31,135 bases of DNA, taken from contig CBFIJD010000015.1 in the NCBI GenBank assembly GCA_965662845.1, positions 23,679 through 54,813 on the forward strand, in the 5' to 3' direction. Positions within the stretch are counted from its first letter, which is position 1; every line of letters begins with the position of its first letter. The stretch comes from an uncultured bacterium (GTDB lineage: Bacteria; SAR324; NAC60-12). A program made the translations under genes and the position numbers. The notes under the pieces were generated by a model that was given only the letters and a program-made list of their open reading frames with translations, had not been told where the DNA came from and ran no database searches. Of the stretch, positions 23,972 to 31,135 are shown piece by piece.

Positions 23972-24411
23972 GAGCGCTCGTTGGCCTCCTGATTTGGGTC
24001 ACTCTCGCGACCGGCTGGGTCCACGCGCAAGGCTTCACATATCAGCAGGCAACCGTGGTCACGCCAAGCGGTGTTGAGATCCCTGTGGAAATCGCAGACA
24101 CGCCCGCCAAACGTCACTTGGGCTTGGGCAACCGAGCCGAGTTGCGCCCGGGCTGGGGGATGCTGTTCTTGTTTGATAGCAGCAGTCGCCACGGGTTCTG
24201 GATGAAGAACATGTCTTTCCCCATTGACATCATCTGGCTGCGCAATCGCCGCGTTGTGCATGTCGCCAAGCAGGTGCCTCCACCGCAGTCTGGTGAGCAG
24301 CCCATGACAATTACGCCCGCTCGAGCCGCAAACTTGGTGCTCGAGATTGAGGCCGGTCGCGCGCGCGCGCTGGGCTTAGAAGTTGGATCTACGTTAGAAT
24401 ATCGCTGGTAA
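23968..24411 (+). CDS. DUF192 family exported protein
   Basis: Signal peptide, then VEIADTP...GL..R...GMLFLF...FWMKNMSFPIDIIW...VLEIEAG. Confidence 0.93.
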   Translation: MRALVGLLIWVTLATGWVHAQGFTYQQATVVTPSGVEIPVEIADTPAKRHLGLGNRAELRPGWGMLFLFDSSSRHGFWMKNMSFPIDIIWLRNRRVVHVAKQVPPPQSGEQPMTITPARAANLVLEIEAGRARALGLEVGSTLEYRW

Positions 24412-24429
24412 CTGCTACGAGAGGTCGCG

Positions 24430-25587
24430 ATGAGCAAAGACGGGTTGATGGTCATCAAATCAGATGGAACCCGTGAGCCATTTTTGCGAGGGATCATGAC
24501 CCGCACGCTCACGCAACAAGGGGTGTCGTTCGACAAGGCCTATCGAATCGCGCAAGAACTCAAACAAAAGCTCGCGAAACGAGACGAAGTCCAGACGCAC
24601 GAGTTGCAGCGCCTGTTAGAGGAGCACCTGCGCAAACGGCATCCAAATGTAGAGCTGTCACAAGCTCCGCCAGAGCCCATCGCGCTGCCGCAGATTTGGG
24701 TTCGGCGCGACGACATTCGATATCCCTTCTCAAAAGGGCTCCTCACACAGTCGATTACCTCGGCGGGGGTCTCGCCCGGCCGGGCTTATCTCATCGCTCG
24801 GCAAATTCAATATGACTTAGTGCAAACCGAGCACACGGATCTCTCTTCCAGCGAATTGCTGCAGATCGTCATCGATCAACTGCAACAACGCTACGGAACC
24901 GAGGTGGCGCGTTCCTATGAAATTGCCAGTCACATCAACGATCTGCAGCGCCCTGTCATCGTCTATCTGGCTGGGGCACCAGGGACAGGGAAGTCTACGC
25001 TGGCGACGGCTTTGGCGAGCCGGTTGGGCATTCTCAATGTGGTGGGCACAGATAGCATTCGCGAAGTGATGCGACTGGCTTTTACAGCCGAAGTTGTGCC
25101 CGCGCTGCACGTGTCTTCTTTTGAAGCGGGAGATTACTTGGTCTTCCACTCACCCGAACGGGCTGAGAACCGGATGATCGCTGGGTTCAACTTGCAGTCG
25201 CAGCAGGTGTGCGTCGGCGTGAAGGCGATGGTGCATCGCTCGATCCAGGAAGGCACCAGCCTCGTTGTGGAAGGCGTGCATCTCCTTCCCTTTCTGACAA
25301 GCATGCCGGAGTTCGCGGAGAACGCCTTTCACATCCCGATTATTCTGCAGTTGCCCAACGAAGAGCAACACATCAACCGCTTCCGCATGCGTGGCAAAGA
25401 CCACCAAAACCGCGCCGAGAGCCGCTATTTGCAACACTTTGAGGACATTCGCGCGATCCACAACTACTACGCTCAACAGTCACAAGAGCATGACCTTGAC
25501 ATCGTTGATAATGAAGAACTCGACGGAGCAATCCAGCAATCCCTGCAGATTGTCATCAGCAACCTACAAGAGCAGATGGTTTCGTAG
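24430..25587 (+). CDS. 2-phosphoglycerate kinase-like P-loop protein with two N-terminal ATP-cone domains
   Basis: ATP-cone-like VIKSDGTREPF and VRRDDIRYPFSKGLL. P-loop GAPGTGKST, TDSIREVMR, LHVSSF, VEGVH and HINRF, as in COG2074-type kinases. Confidence 0.82.
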   Translation: MSKDGLMVIKSDGTREPFLRGIMTRTLTQQGVSFDKAYRIAQELKQKLAKRDEVQTHELQRLLEEHLRKRHPNVELSQAPPEPIALPQIWVRRDDIRYPFSKGLLTQSITSAGVSPGRAYLIARQIQYDLVQTEHTDLSSSELLQIVIDQLQQRYGTEVARSYEIASHINDLQRPVIVYLAGAPGTGKSTLATALASRLGILNVVGTDSIREVMRLAFTAEVVPALHVSSFEAGDYLVFHSPERAENRMIAGFNLQSQQVCVGVKAMVHRSIQEGTSLVVEGVHLLPFLTSMPEFAENAFHIPIILQLPNEEQHINRFRMRGKDHQNRAESRYLQHFEDIRAIHNYYAQQSQEHDLDIVDNEELDGAIQQSLQIVISNLQEQMVS

Positions 25588-25614
25588 TCACTCGCCTTTC
25601 TCTTCCTCCCAGTC

Positions 25615-26691
25615 TTGAGCACTCCTTTGAATATTGTCTTTGCGAACGCCACCCAGTCGTGGGGTGGCATCAAAACGTGGATGGTCCAACTCTCGTCGTT
25701 TTTGCAGCGTCGCGGCCACCACGTACGCTTCGTTTGTCGTGAGCACGACCGCCTGTTGGAGGTGCTCGCCGCAGAAAATGTGAGCTGTCAAGGTCTGCAT
25801 TTTGGTGCGGACTACGCGCCGAGGTCGATTCAGTTTTTCCGACATTTGTTTCAAGCGCAGGAGACGCAGGTGCTCGTTACGAACATTTCCAAAGAGCTGC
25901 GGACGGCGGGCGTTGCCGCGCGGTGGCAAGGTGGTCTGCTCCACGTCAATCGGCTGGGGCTCCCCGGAGATCTCAAGCACAACTGGAAGAACCGCCTGGA
26001 GTACAGCCAGCTCGTAGATCAAGTTGTTGTGCCGTCGAAGCACCTTTTCGATCATTTCTCACAGCAGCCATATCTCGCCTCTAAGCTACACTTTTTCCAC
26101 AACGCGGTGCGCGACACCGAGTTCATCGATAAGTCGGCGGATGCTGAAATCAAAATCGCGATGGTCGCCGTGCTGAGCAAACGCAAGCAAGTCGATCTCT
26201 TGCTGCAGGCGCTGCAAACACTCACCGATCTCAACTGGACATTGCATGTGGGAGGAGGAGGGCCGGAGCGGGAGAATTTGGAGGCGTTGGCGGCGGAGCT
26301 CGGACTTCGCAGCCGGGTTCATTTTCATGGGATGGTGGAACCCTATGTGTTCCTGCGCGACAAACACATCGCGGTGCTGAATTCACAAGAGGAGTCGTTT
26401 AGCAATGCGCTGCTAGAATACATGGCCGCGTCTTGTGCGGTGATTTCTACGGTCACTGGGGGAACGGGCGAGGTGCTACAGGATGGGGAGAATGGCCTTG
26501 CGGTCTCCGGCAAGCCGGATGGTTCGCTAGAAGCGGCGCTGCGCAGACTGCTCACCGATCGCGACTTGCGCAATTCGCTGGCACACGCCGGGCACGCGCG
26601 GGTGATGCGGTACTTCTCCCAGAGCACCATCTACGGACAGATTGAAGAGCACCTGCAGCGGAGCTATGCGCACAAGCAGGGCTCTCGTTAG
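25615..26691 (+). CDS. Family 4 (GT-B) glycosyltransferase
   Basis: WGGIKTW, HNAV, KRKQVD, GGGPER, VHFHG, EESFSNALLEYMA and GGTGEVLQDGENG. TTG start. Confidence 0.92.
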   Translation: MSTPLNIVFANATQSWGGIKTWMVQLSSFLQRRGHHVRFVCREHDRLLEVLAAENVSCQGLHFGADYAPRSIQFFRHLFQAQETQVLVTNISKELRTAGVAARWQGGLLHVNRLGLPGDLKHNWKNRLEYSQLVDQVVVPSKHLFDHFSQQPYLASKLHFFHNAVRDTEFIDKSADAEIKIAMVAVLSKRKQVDLLLQALQTLTDLNWTLHVGGGGPERENLEALAAELGLRSRVHFHGMVEPYVFLRDKHIAVLNSQEESFSNALLEYMAASCAVISTVTGGTGEVLQDGENGLAVSGKPDGSLEAALRRLLTDRDLRNSLAHAGHARVMRYFSQSTIYGQIEEHLQRSYAHKQGSR

Positions 26692-26692
26692 G

Positions 26693-28549
26693 TCACTGCG
26701 CGGGTTCATGCTGCAGCAGCCACATCTCTCGGTAATACCCTTCGCGTTGGCGCAGCTCGTCGTGCGTTCCCTGATCGATGATGCGCCCTTCATCCAGCAC
26801 TAAAATCCAGTCTGCGCGCTCCATAGACGTCACGCGATGCGACACAATTAGTAGGCTCTGCGCCTGCTTGCGCGTGAAGATTTGCTCCAGCAAGTAGCGC
26901 TCGGTGTCGTAATCGACTGCAGAGAGGACGTTGTCCAAAATCAGCAGATCGCAGGGCTCCACCATCGCGCGCGCGAGGCTGATGCGTTGCTTCTGCCCGC
27001 CAGAGAGCAGGATGCCTTTCTCGCCAACGATGGTGTCTTTCTCTTGCGGAAATTTTGCGACTTCGTCGGTGAGCGCGCATTGGCTAAGCGTGTCTCGGAA
27101 GTGTCTGTCCCAGTTCGCAGGGAAGTCTTCCAGCGCGAAGCCCACGTTGTGCTCCACCGTGTCTGAGAACAAGAACGGCTCCTGCGTGACGGTGCGGATG
27201 CTGCGGCGCAGGTCAGAGTAAGTGAGGGATTGCAGATCTTTGCCGTTGAGCAGGACCTGCCCTTCGGCGACGAGGTAGCGGTTCAGGCAATTGACCAGCG
27301 TTGATTTTCCGGAGCCGATACGCCCAAGCACGCCGAGCGTCTGCCCCGGCTTGAGCGTGAAGTTGATGTCTTGCAGCATATACGGCAGGTCGTCGGCATA
27401 GCGGAAGCGCAGATTGCGCACCTCTAGCCCCTGGCGGAACAGCTCGCAGCGCTGAGCCTCTGGCAGCGGCTTGCGATCAGTGAACGGCTCCGGTTGCTCC
27501 AAAACGGATTGTACGCTGGCGAGCCCAACCATCCCTTGTTGAAACATCGTCGTCAACCAGCCGAGCCCCATCAGGGGCATCGTCAGGAGCGCAGTGTAGG
27601 CGATGAACGCGGTCAGCTCGCCGACGGTGAAGTCTTCTTGTAGCACCATCATCCCGCCAAAGAGCAGCGCGACGACCTTGAGGATGTCGCTCAAGTTCAT
27701 CAGCACAGGCATGACGAAGGAGCGAATCCACGCGATGCTCAAGGAGCGCTCGGTGAGCTTGTGGTTGTCTTCGTCAAAGCGCCGACGGCTCCAATCGCCA
27801 AGGTCGTTGCTGCGAATGATGTCAATGCCAGACAGGGAGGAGACGGTGAAGCCGGACAGGTTCTGGAGGTCTTTTTGGCGCTGGTTGAGGTTGGTGACCA
27901 GCAGGCGCATCCCCACACGCACAATCGCAAACACGATGACAATTGGCACCACGCAGTAGAGCGTCAGGCTAGGCGAGAGCTGGTACATCATGAACGGCGT
28001 CAGCGACAGGGCGCTGGTGATGTTGAACACCTGCATCATCCCAAAGCCACAGATCAAGCGGATGCCGTGAATGTCGTTGTTCACGCGCGAGATGATCGTG
28101 CCGCTGGGGTTTTTGTCATAGTAATTGCGCTGCAGCTGCATCAACTTGGCGAACATGTCGTTCTTGACTTGGCACTCAATCGCCCGCCCAGGGTTGAAAA
28201 AGAGCAGCCGCGACCCCGTCCGCACAAACACCATGCTGACCGCAAACAACAGCATCATCCACAGATACTCTGTCAGCAGGCTATACTGCCCTTCCAAGTC
28301 GCTCGAGAGCAGGTCAATGCTCTTTTGAATGTACTCTGGAATGCTGACGGCTAGCCAGTTCGTGAGGATCGTTCCGAGAATCCCCAGCGCATACGACGGC
28401 CAGTGCTGACGAAGATAGTGAGCGAGCAGCAGATATTTGTTGTGAACCCAGCCGCTCTGCAGCACAGAGACGGTCGCAGTGCCGCCGGTGTCTCCAGTTT
28501 GAGGGCTGGGAATCAGGGCGCGGAAGAAGCGTTCGAGGGCGATTTGCAT
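26693..28549 (-). CDS. ABC exporter half-transporter (TMD plus NBD; MdlA/YheI/TM287-like degenerate subunit)
   Basis: Six-TM domain, Walker A GRIGSGKS, Q-loop TQEPFLFS, signature LSGGQKQR, Walker B LLILDNVLSAVD (no catalytic Glu), H-loop VSHR. AAGGA RBS before ATG 28549. Confidence 0.93.
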   Translation of the reverse strand: MQIALERFFRALIPSPQTGDTGGTATVSVLQSGWVHNKYLLLAHYLRQHWPSYALGILGTILTNWLAVSIPEYIQKSIDLLSSDLEGQYSLLTEYLWMMLLFAVSMVFVRTGSRLLFFNPGRAIECQVKNDMFAKLMQLQRNYYDKNPSGTIISRVNNDIHGIRLICGFGMMQVFNITSALSLTPFMMYQLSPSLTLYCVVPIVIVFAIVRVGMRLLVTNLNQRQKDLQNLSGFTVSSLSGIDIIRSNDLGDWSRRRFDEDNHKLTERSLSIAWIRSFVMPVLMNLSDILKVVALLFGGMMVLQEDFTVGELTAFIAYTALLTMPLMGLGWLTTMFQQGMVGLASVQSVLEQPEPFTDRKPLPEAQRCELFRQGLEVRNLRFRYADDLPYMLQDINFTLKPGQTLGVLGRIGSGKSTLVNCLNRYLVAEGQVLLNGKDLQSLTYSDLRRSIRTVTQEPFLFSDTVEHNVGFALEDFPANWDRHFRDTLSQCALTDEVAKFPQEKDTIVGEKGILLSGGQKQRISLARAMVEPCDLLILDNVLSAVDYDTERYLLEQIFTRKQAQSLLIVSHRVTSMERADWILVLDEGRIIDQGTHDELRQREGYYREMWLLQHEPAQ

Positions 28550-28650
28550 GGAATCCTTACAACTCAAAAAAACAAGTTTGGCACGAATTTGTGTTTTCTG
28601 TGACGAATGGTAGCATCGAAGACTTTGCAAAAACCAGTTGGAAACTGCGC

Positions 28651-29733
28651 ATGACTGACCCCCTGCTGCCGCATCTGCAACACCTCGCCGAGGCTTATGT
28701 CGGCACCACGCTTGCGCCCGCGGCCTCTCTGCGTGGCGATGGCTCAGACCGCAAAATTTATCGCTTCACGCATGAGGGACAGTCATGGGTCGGAGTGACG
28801 AACCCCGCGCCAGATGAAAACGTCGCGTTCCTTGAAATGTCACGTCATTTTCGTCGGAAGGGGCTGCCGGTTCCAGAAATCTATGCCGAAGACCGCCCAC
28901 ACGATTGCTATCTGTTGGAAGATTTGGGAGACGTGACGCTCGCCGATCAGCTGCTGGCATGGGATCCAGCCGTAGCCGACGAAGCGCGACACATCCGAGC
29001 GGCATATCGCCCTGTGATCGAGATCTTGCCCACACTCCAGTTTGCCGGCGTGCAAGGCTTTCAACGCGCTTGGTGCCACGCCGCGCCAGAGTCGACGACC
29101 GCTTTGTTCCGCGCCGATTTGCGTTACTTTGAAGAGAATTTTTGGCAGGTGTTTGCGGCAGAAAAAGAGCGCTCGCCAGCTGTGTTGCGAGAGCTAGACA
29201 ACCTCGCCGAGGCCGTCGGGGAGATCCCGCGCAATGTCTTTGTGTCACGGGATTTTCAAGCTCGGAACCTGATGCCGCACCGAGGTACGGTGTACCTCAT
29301 CGACTACCAATCTGGCGGTGTCGGCGCGTTGCATTATGATTTGGCGTCGCTGCTCTACGCTTCCAAAGCGCGGCTCAACGATCCGCTGCGTCAGCAGCTC
29401 ATCGCCGATTATCTTGACGCCGCCCGCGGCTGGTTTCAGGCGGACGAAGAAGCCTTCACCAGCGAGCTGTTTCAGTTTGTGTTGTTGCGGCGGCTGCGAT
29501 CCTTGGGAACCTATGGCTTCTTGCCGCGCGTCAAAGGCAAACTGCACTTCCTCGACGCGATTCCTGCGACGCTACGCGAAGTGCGCCAGCTGCTGCACAC
29601 TCAGCCTGCGTTGCGACCTTGGCAGCACCTGCGCGGCCTCTTCGACCGCTGGCATGAGCGCGCGCATTTGCACGATGCTGGGTGGTTGCGGCAGCAGGTG
29701 ACTCTGTCGCACACCCATCCTTCCAACTCATAG
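28651..29733 (+). CDS. APH-fold phosphotransferase, AmgK-like (MurNAc/GlcNAc anomeric kinase family)
   Basis: GDGSDRKIYR, LPVPEIY, LLEDLGD, SRDFQARNLM, IDYQ, YDLASLL and LRSLGTYGFL motifs. Confidence 0.8.
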   Translation: MTDPLLPHLQHLAEAYVGTTLAPAASLRGDGSDRKIYRFTHEGQSWVGVTNPAPDENVAFLEMSRHFRRKGLPVPEIYAEDRPHDCYLLEDLGDVTLADQLLAWDPAVADEARHIRAAYRPVIEILPTLQFAGVQGFQRAWCHAAPESTTALFRADLRYFEENFWQVFAAEKERSPAVLRELDNLAEAVGEIPRNVFVSRDFQARNLMPHRGTVYLIDYQSGGVGALHYDLASLLYASKARLNDPLRQQLIADYLDAARGWFQADEEAFTSELFQFVLLRRLRSLGTYGFLPRVKGKLHFLDAIPATLREVRQLLHTQPALRPWQHLRGLFDRWHERAHLHDAGWLRQQVTLSHTHPSNS

Positions 29734-29904
29734 CGGAGCGCTTGTCCATGCTTCAGTCCACCACAACCTCCGGAAGACCCTGCTGCGGCTTCCTGCTTTG
29801 GCAAGGCGCCTCCAAAGCGCGAAGTCACAGTCTCTATTGCAACCGAAGCAGCGCTGTCACGCCAAGCGGCGCTCTGTCGTCTCCATGTGTCTTGAGAAAA
29901 CTTC

Positions 29905-30342
29905 ATGAAATTTGACCCCTCCGAAAAGAAGCCGATCTCAGTTGTGGAAGACCGCAACACGAAAGAGTACGGCACCGAGACCAACGCACCAGCGCTCACG
30001 GAAAACCCGCTCGCCGTGCAGCGTCAAGACTCTCTCTCGGCGATGAAACATCACGCTCAGCAGCAGATCGCCAAGCTTCAAGAGCAGGCCAACCTGTTGA
30101 TGCGCCAAGCGCGTGAAATTGAAGAGCGAGTCCAACTGGCGGAGCTGGTCGCGCAGTCGCACTACCAGTTCACGCCGGTGTTGCTCAAGCCATACTATCT
30201 CTATGAGTACGCGCACCCGCGGCATTCCCACATCCTCACGATGATTGGCCCCGACGAGTGGAACGGCGCGTGTCCGTATGGGCGTTTTGTCGCCCGTGTG
30301 AGGCAGCTTGGTGACAGTACGTGGGAGGAGTTTCCAGCCTGA
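29905..30342 (+). CDS. DUF2452-like protein
   Basis: YGTETNAPA, a coiled coil, then YQFTPV..KPYYLY...LTMIGPDEW...VRQLGDSTWE, recognised as the DUF2452 pattern. Confidence 0.75.
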   Translation: MKFDPSEKKPISVVEDRNTKEYGTETNAPALTENPLAVQRQDSLSAMKHHAQQQIAKLQEQANLLMRQAREIEERVQLAELVAQSHYQFTPVLLKPYYLYEYAHPRHSHILTMIGPDEWNGACPYGRFVARVRQLGDSTWEEFPA

Positions 30343-30401
30343 AGCGCTGTCCGTGTTTTCTCAATGTTTCGCGGCCTTGCCTATCCCTTGCATTGCGATT
30401 T

Positions 30402-30416
30402 GTTCATCTGTTGAAC
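30402..30416. promoter_or_regulatory. Palindromic operator GTTCA-N5-TGAAC upstream of the wHTH regulator
   Basis: GTTCAtctgtTGAAC ends 20 nt before ATG 30437 and is flanked by two TTGCGATT direct repeats. Confidence 0.45.
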
Positions 30417-30436
30417 GAAACTTTGCGATTGGGGCT

Positions 30437-30994
30437 ATGAACTCTGAAGAACAACGCACGCTCACGCTTTTTGAAGCCGTCGCCGAGAACGAGCGCATCA
30501 GTCAACGACAACTGGCCCAAGAGATGGGGCTCTCGCTCGGTTTGACGAATGCTTTTTTGCAAACCGTCCTCAAAAAGGGCTGGGTGCGAGCCAAGCAAGT
30601 CAGCGCGCGCCGCTGGGCTTACTTCCTGACGCCGGAGGGGTTCTCTGAGAAGAGCCGCCTGACCGTCAACTACTTGCAGCGCACCTTGTCTTCCTTCCGT
30701 GAGCTGAAAGATCTGACGAATGCACAGCTTGAAGTTCTCGCGCAACGAGGAGTTCGGCGCGTATGGTTGTGCAGCGAAGGCGACTGGGCCGAGATTATCA
30801 CGTTGTGCTTGCCCGTCTGGAACCTGTCTCTGCAAGGCGCGTTCGATCCAGCAACGCTGCTTGCAGAAGCGCTCCCCACCTTGGGGGACGGCGAGGTGCT
30901 CATCTTGGGCCTCTTGCATCAGCAAGAGACGATCGCCTGCCACCTGATGGAGAAGGGTTGGGAACCTGACCACCACTTTGTGCGTCTTTACTGA
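30437..30994 (+). CDS. Winged-helix (MarR-like, EPS-associated type) transcriptional regulator
   Basis: ISQRQLAQEMGLSLGLTN..L...KKGWV...WAYFLTPEGFSEKSRLT, followed by a degenerate Rossmann-like C-terminal segment. Confidence 0.88.
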   Translation: MNSEEQRTLTLFEAVAENERISQRQLAQEMGLSLGLTNAFLQTVLKKGWVRAKQVSARRWAYFLTPEGFSEKSRLTVNYLQRTLSSFRELKDLTNAQLEVLAQRGVRRVWLCSEGDWAEIITLCLPVWNLSLQGAFDPATLLAEALPTLGDGEVLILGLLHQQETIACHLMEKGWEPDHHFVRLY

Positions 30995-31045
30995 CCTCCG
31001 CTCAACGTCGGACGCGGAGGAATCTCTCACACTGAGATTCGTAGT

Positions 31046-31135
31046 ATGGATTTGTTCTCCGCCGTCTTGACGCTCTTCCTGATTCTGGATCCCCTCGGAA
31101 ATATCCCTGCATTTTTAGCGGTCTTAGAGAACGTC
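31046..31135 (+). CDS. MarC/YhgN family (NAAT) membrane protein; 3'-truncated by the window edge
   Basis: Manual translation MDLFSAVLTLFLILDPLGNIPAFLAVLENV carries the MarC N-terminal DPLGN-P motif. It is absent from the supplied ORF track. Confidence 0.85.
   Translation, partial: MDLFSAVLTLFLILDPLGNIPAFLAVLENV

Noticed and set aside
26693..28549. Calling the ABC half-transporter msbA because lpxK is nearby
   Set aside because: MsbA is a homodimer with an intact Walker B Glu; this protein has D-N, lies on the opposite strand and is over 3 kb from lpxK.
28579..28593. TGGCACG as a sigma-54 promoter for the AmgK-like gene (similar half-sites near 4277, 19546 and 29799)
   Set aside because: The -12 GC is missing at the required GG-N10-GC spacing in each case.
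1..31135. CRISPR arrays, tRNA/rRNA genes, prophage, IS elements or a defence island
   Set aside because: No regularly spaced repeats, RNA-gene signatures, integrase/transposase or recognisable defence domains were seen; the exonuclease lacks any cas or retron context.

Overview
Gene-dense chromosomal window from a Gram-negative, LPS-producing bacterium (lpxK and an lptC-like gene are present). The gene content looks deltaproteobacterial, possibly SAR324-like; this is inference and cannot be confirmed here. I see no rRNA, tRNA, CRISPR array, integrase or transposase. From left to right: (1) a 5'-truncated Cache/HAMP chemoreceptor; (2) a minus-strand pair made of a stand-alone DEDDy 3'-5' exonuclease ending in a beta-clamp-type motif (QMSLF) and an SLT-like lytic transglycosylase; (3) a J-domain protein and a GT2 glycosyltransferase; (4) three similar exported proteins (signal peptide, glycine-zipper hairpin, C-terminal Phe) arranged divergently, followed by a lone lptC-like gene; (5) a 10-kb signalling cassette with PAS kinase, REC-adenylate cyclase, TM-HAMP-PAS kinase, single REC, REC-kinase hybrid and a CheW-less CheA-like kinase, with no DNA-binding output; (6) a GlmU-like beta-helix protein and DUF423; (7) an operon-like run of an orphan SctC/YscC-like secretin, a membrane protein, lpxK, def, DUF192, an ATP-cone 2-phosphoglycerate-kinase-like protein and a GT4; (8) a degenerate ABC half-exporter, an AmgK-like kinase, DUF2452, a wHTH regulator with a palindromic operator and a 3'-truncated MarC gene. 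The best candidates for undescribed biology are the glycine-zipper/C-terminal-Phe triad beside lptC, the orphan T3SS-type secretin with an apparently duplicated N0 domain, the multi-kinase-to-cAMP cassette and the putative clamp-binding exonuclease. All family calls come from recognising motifs by eye, not from database searches.
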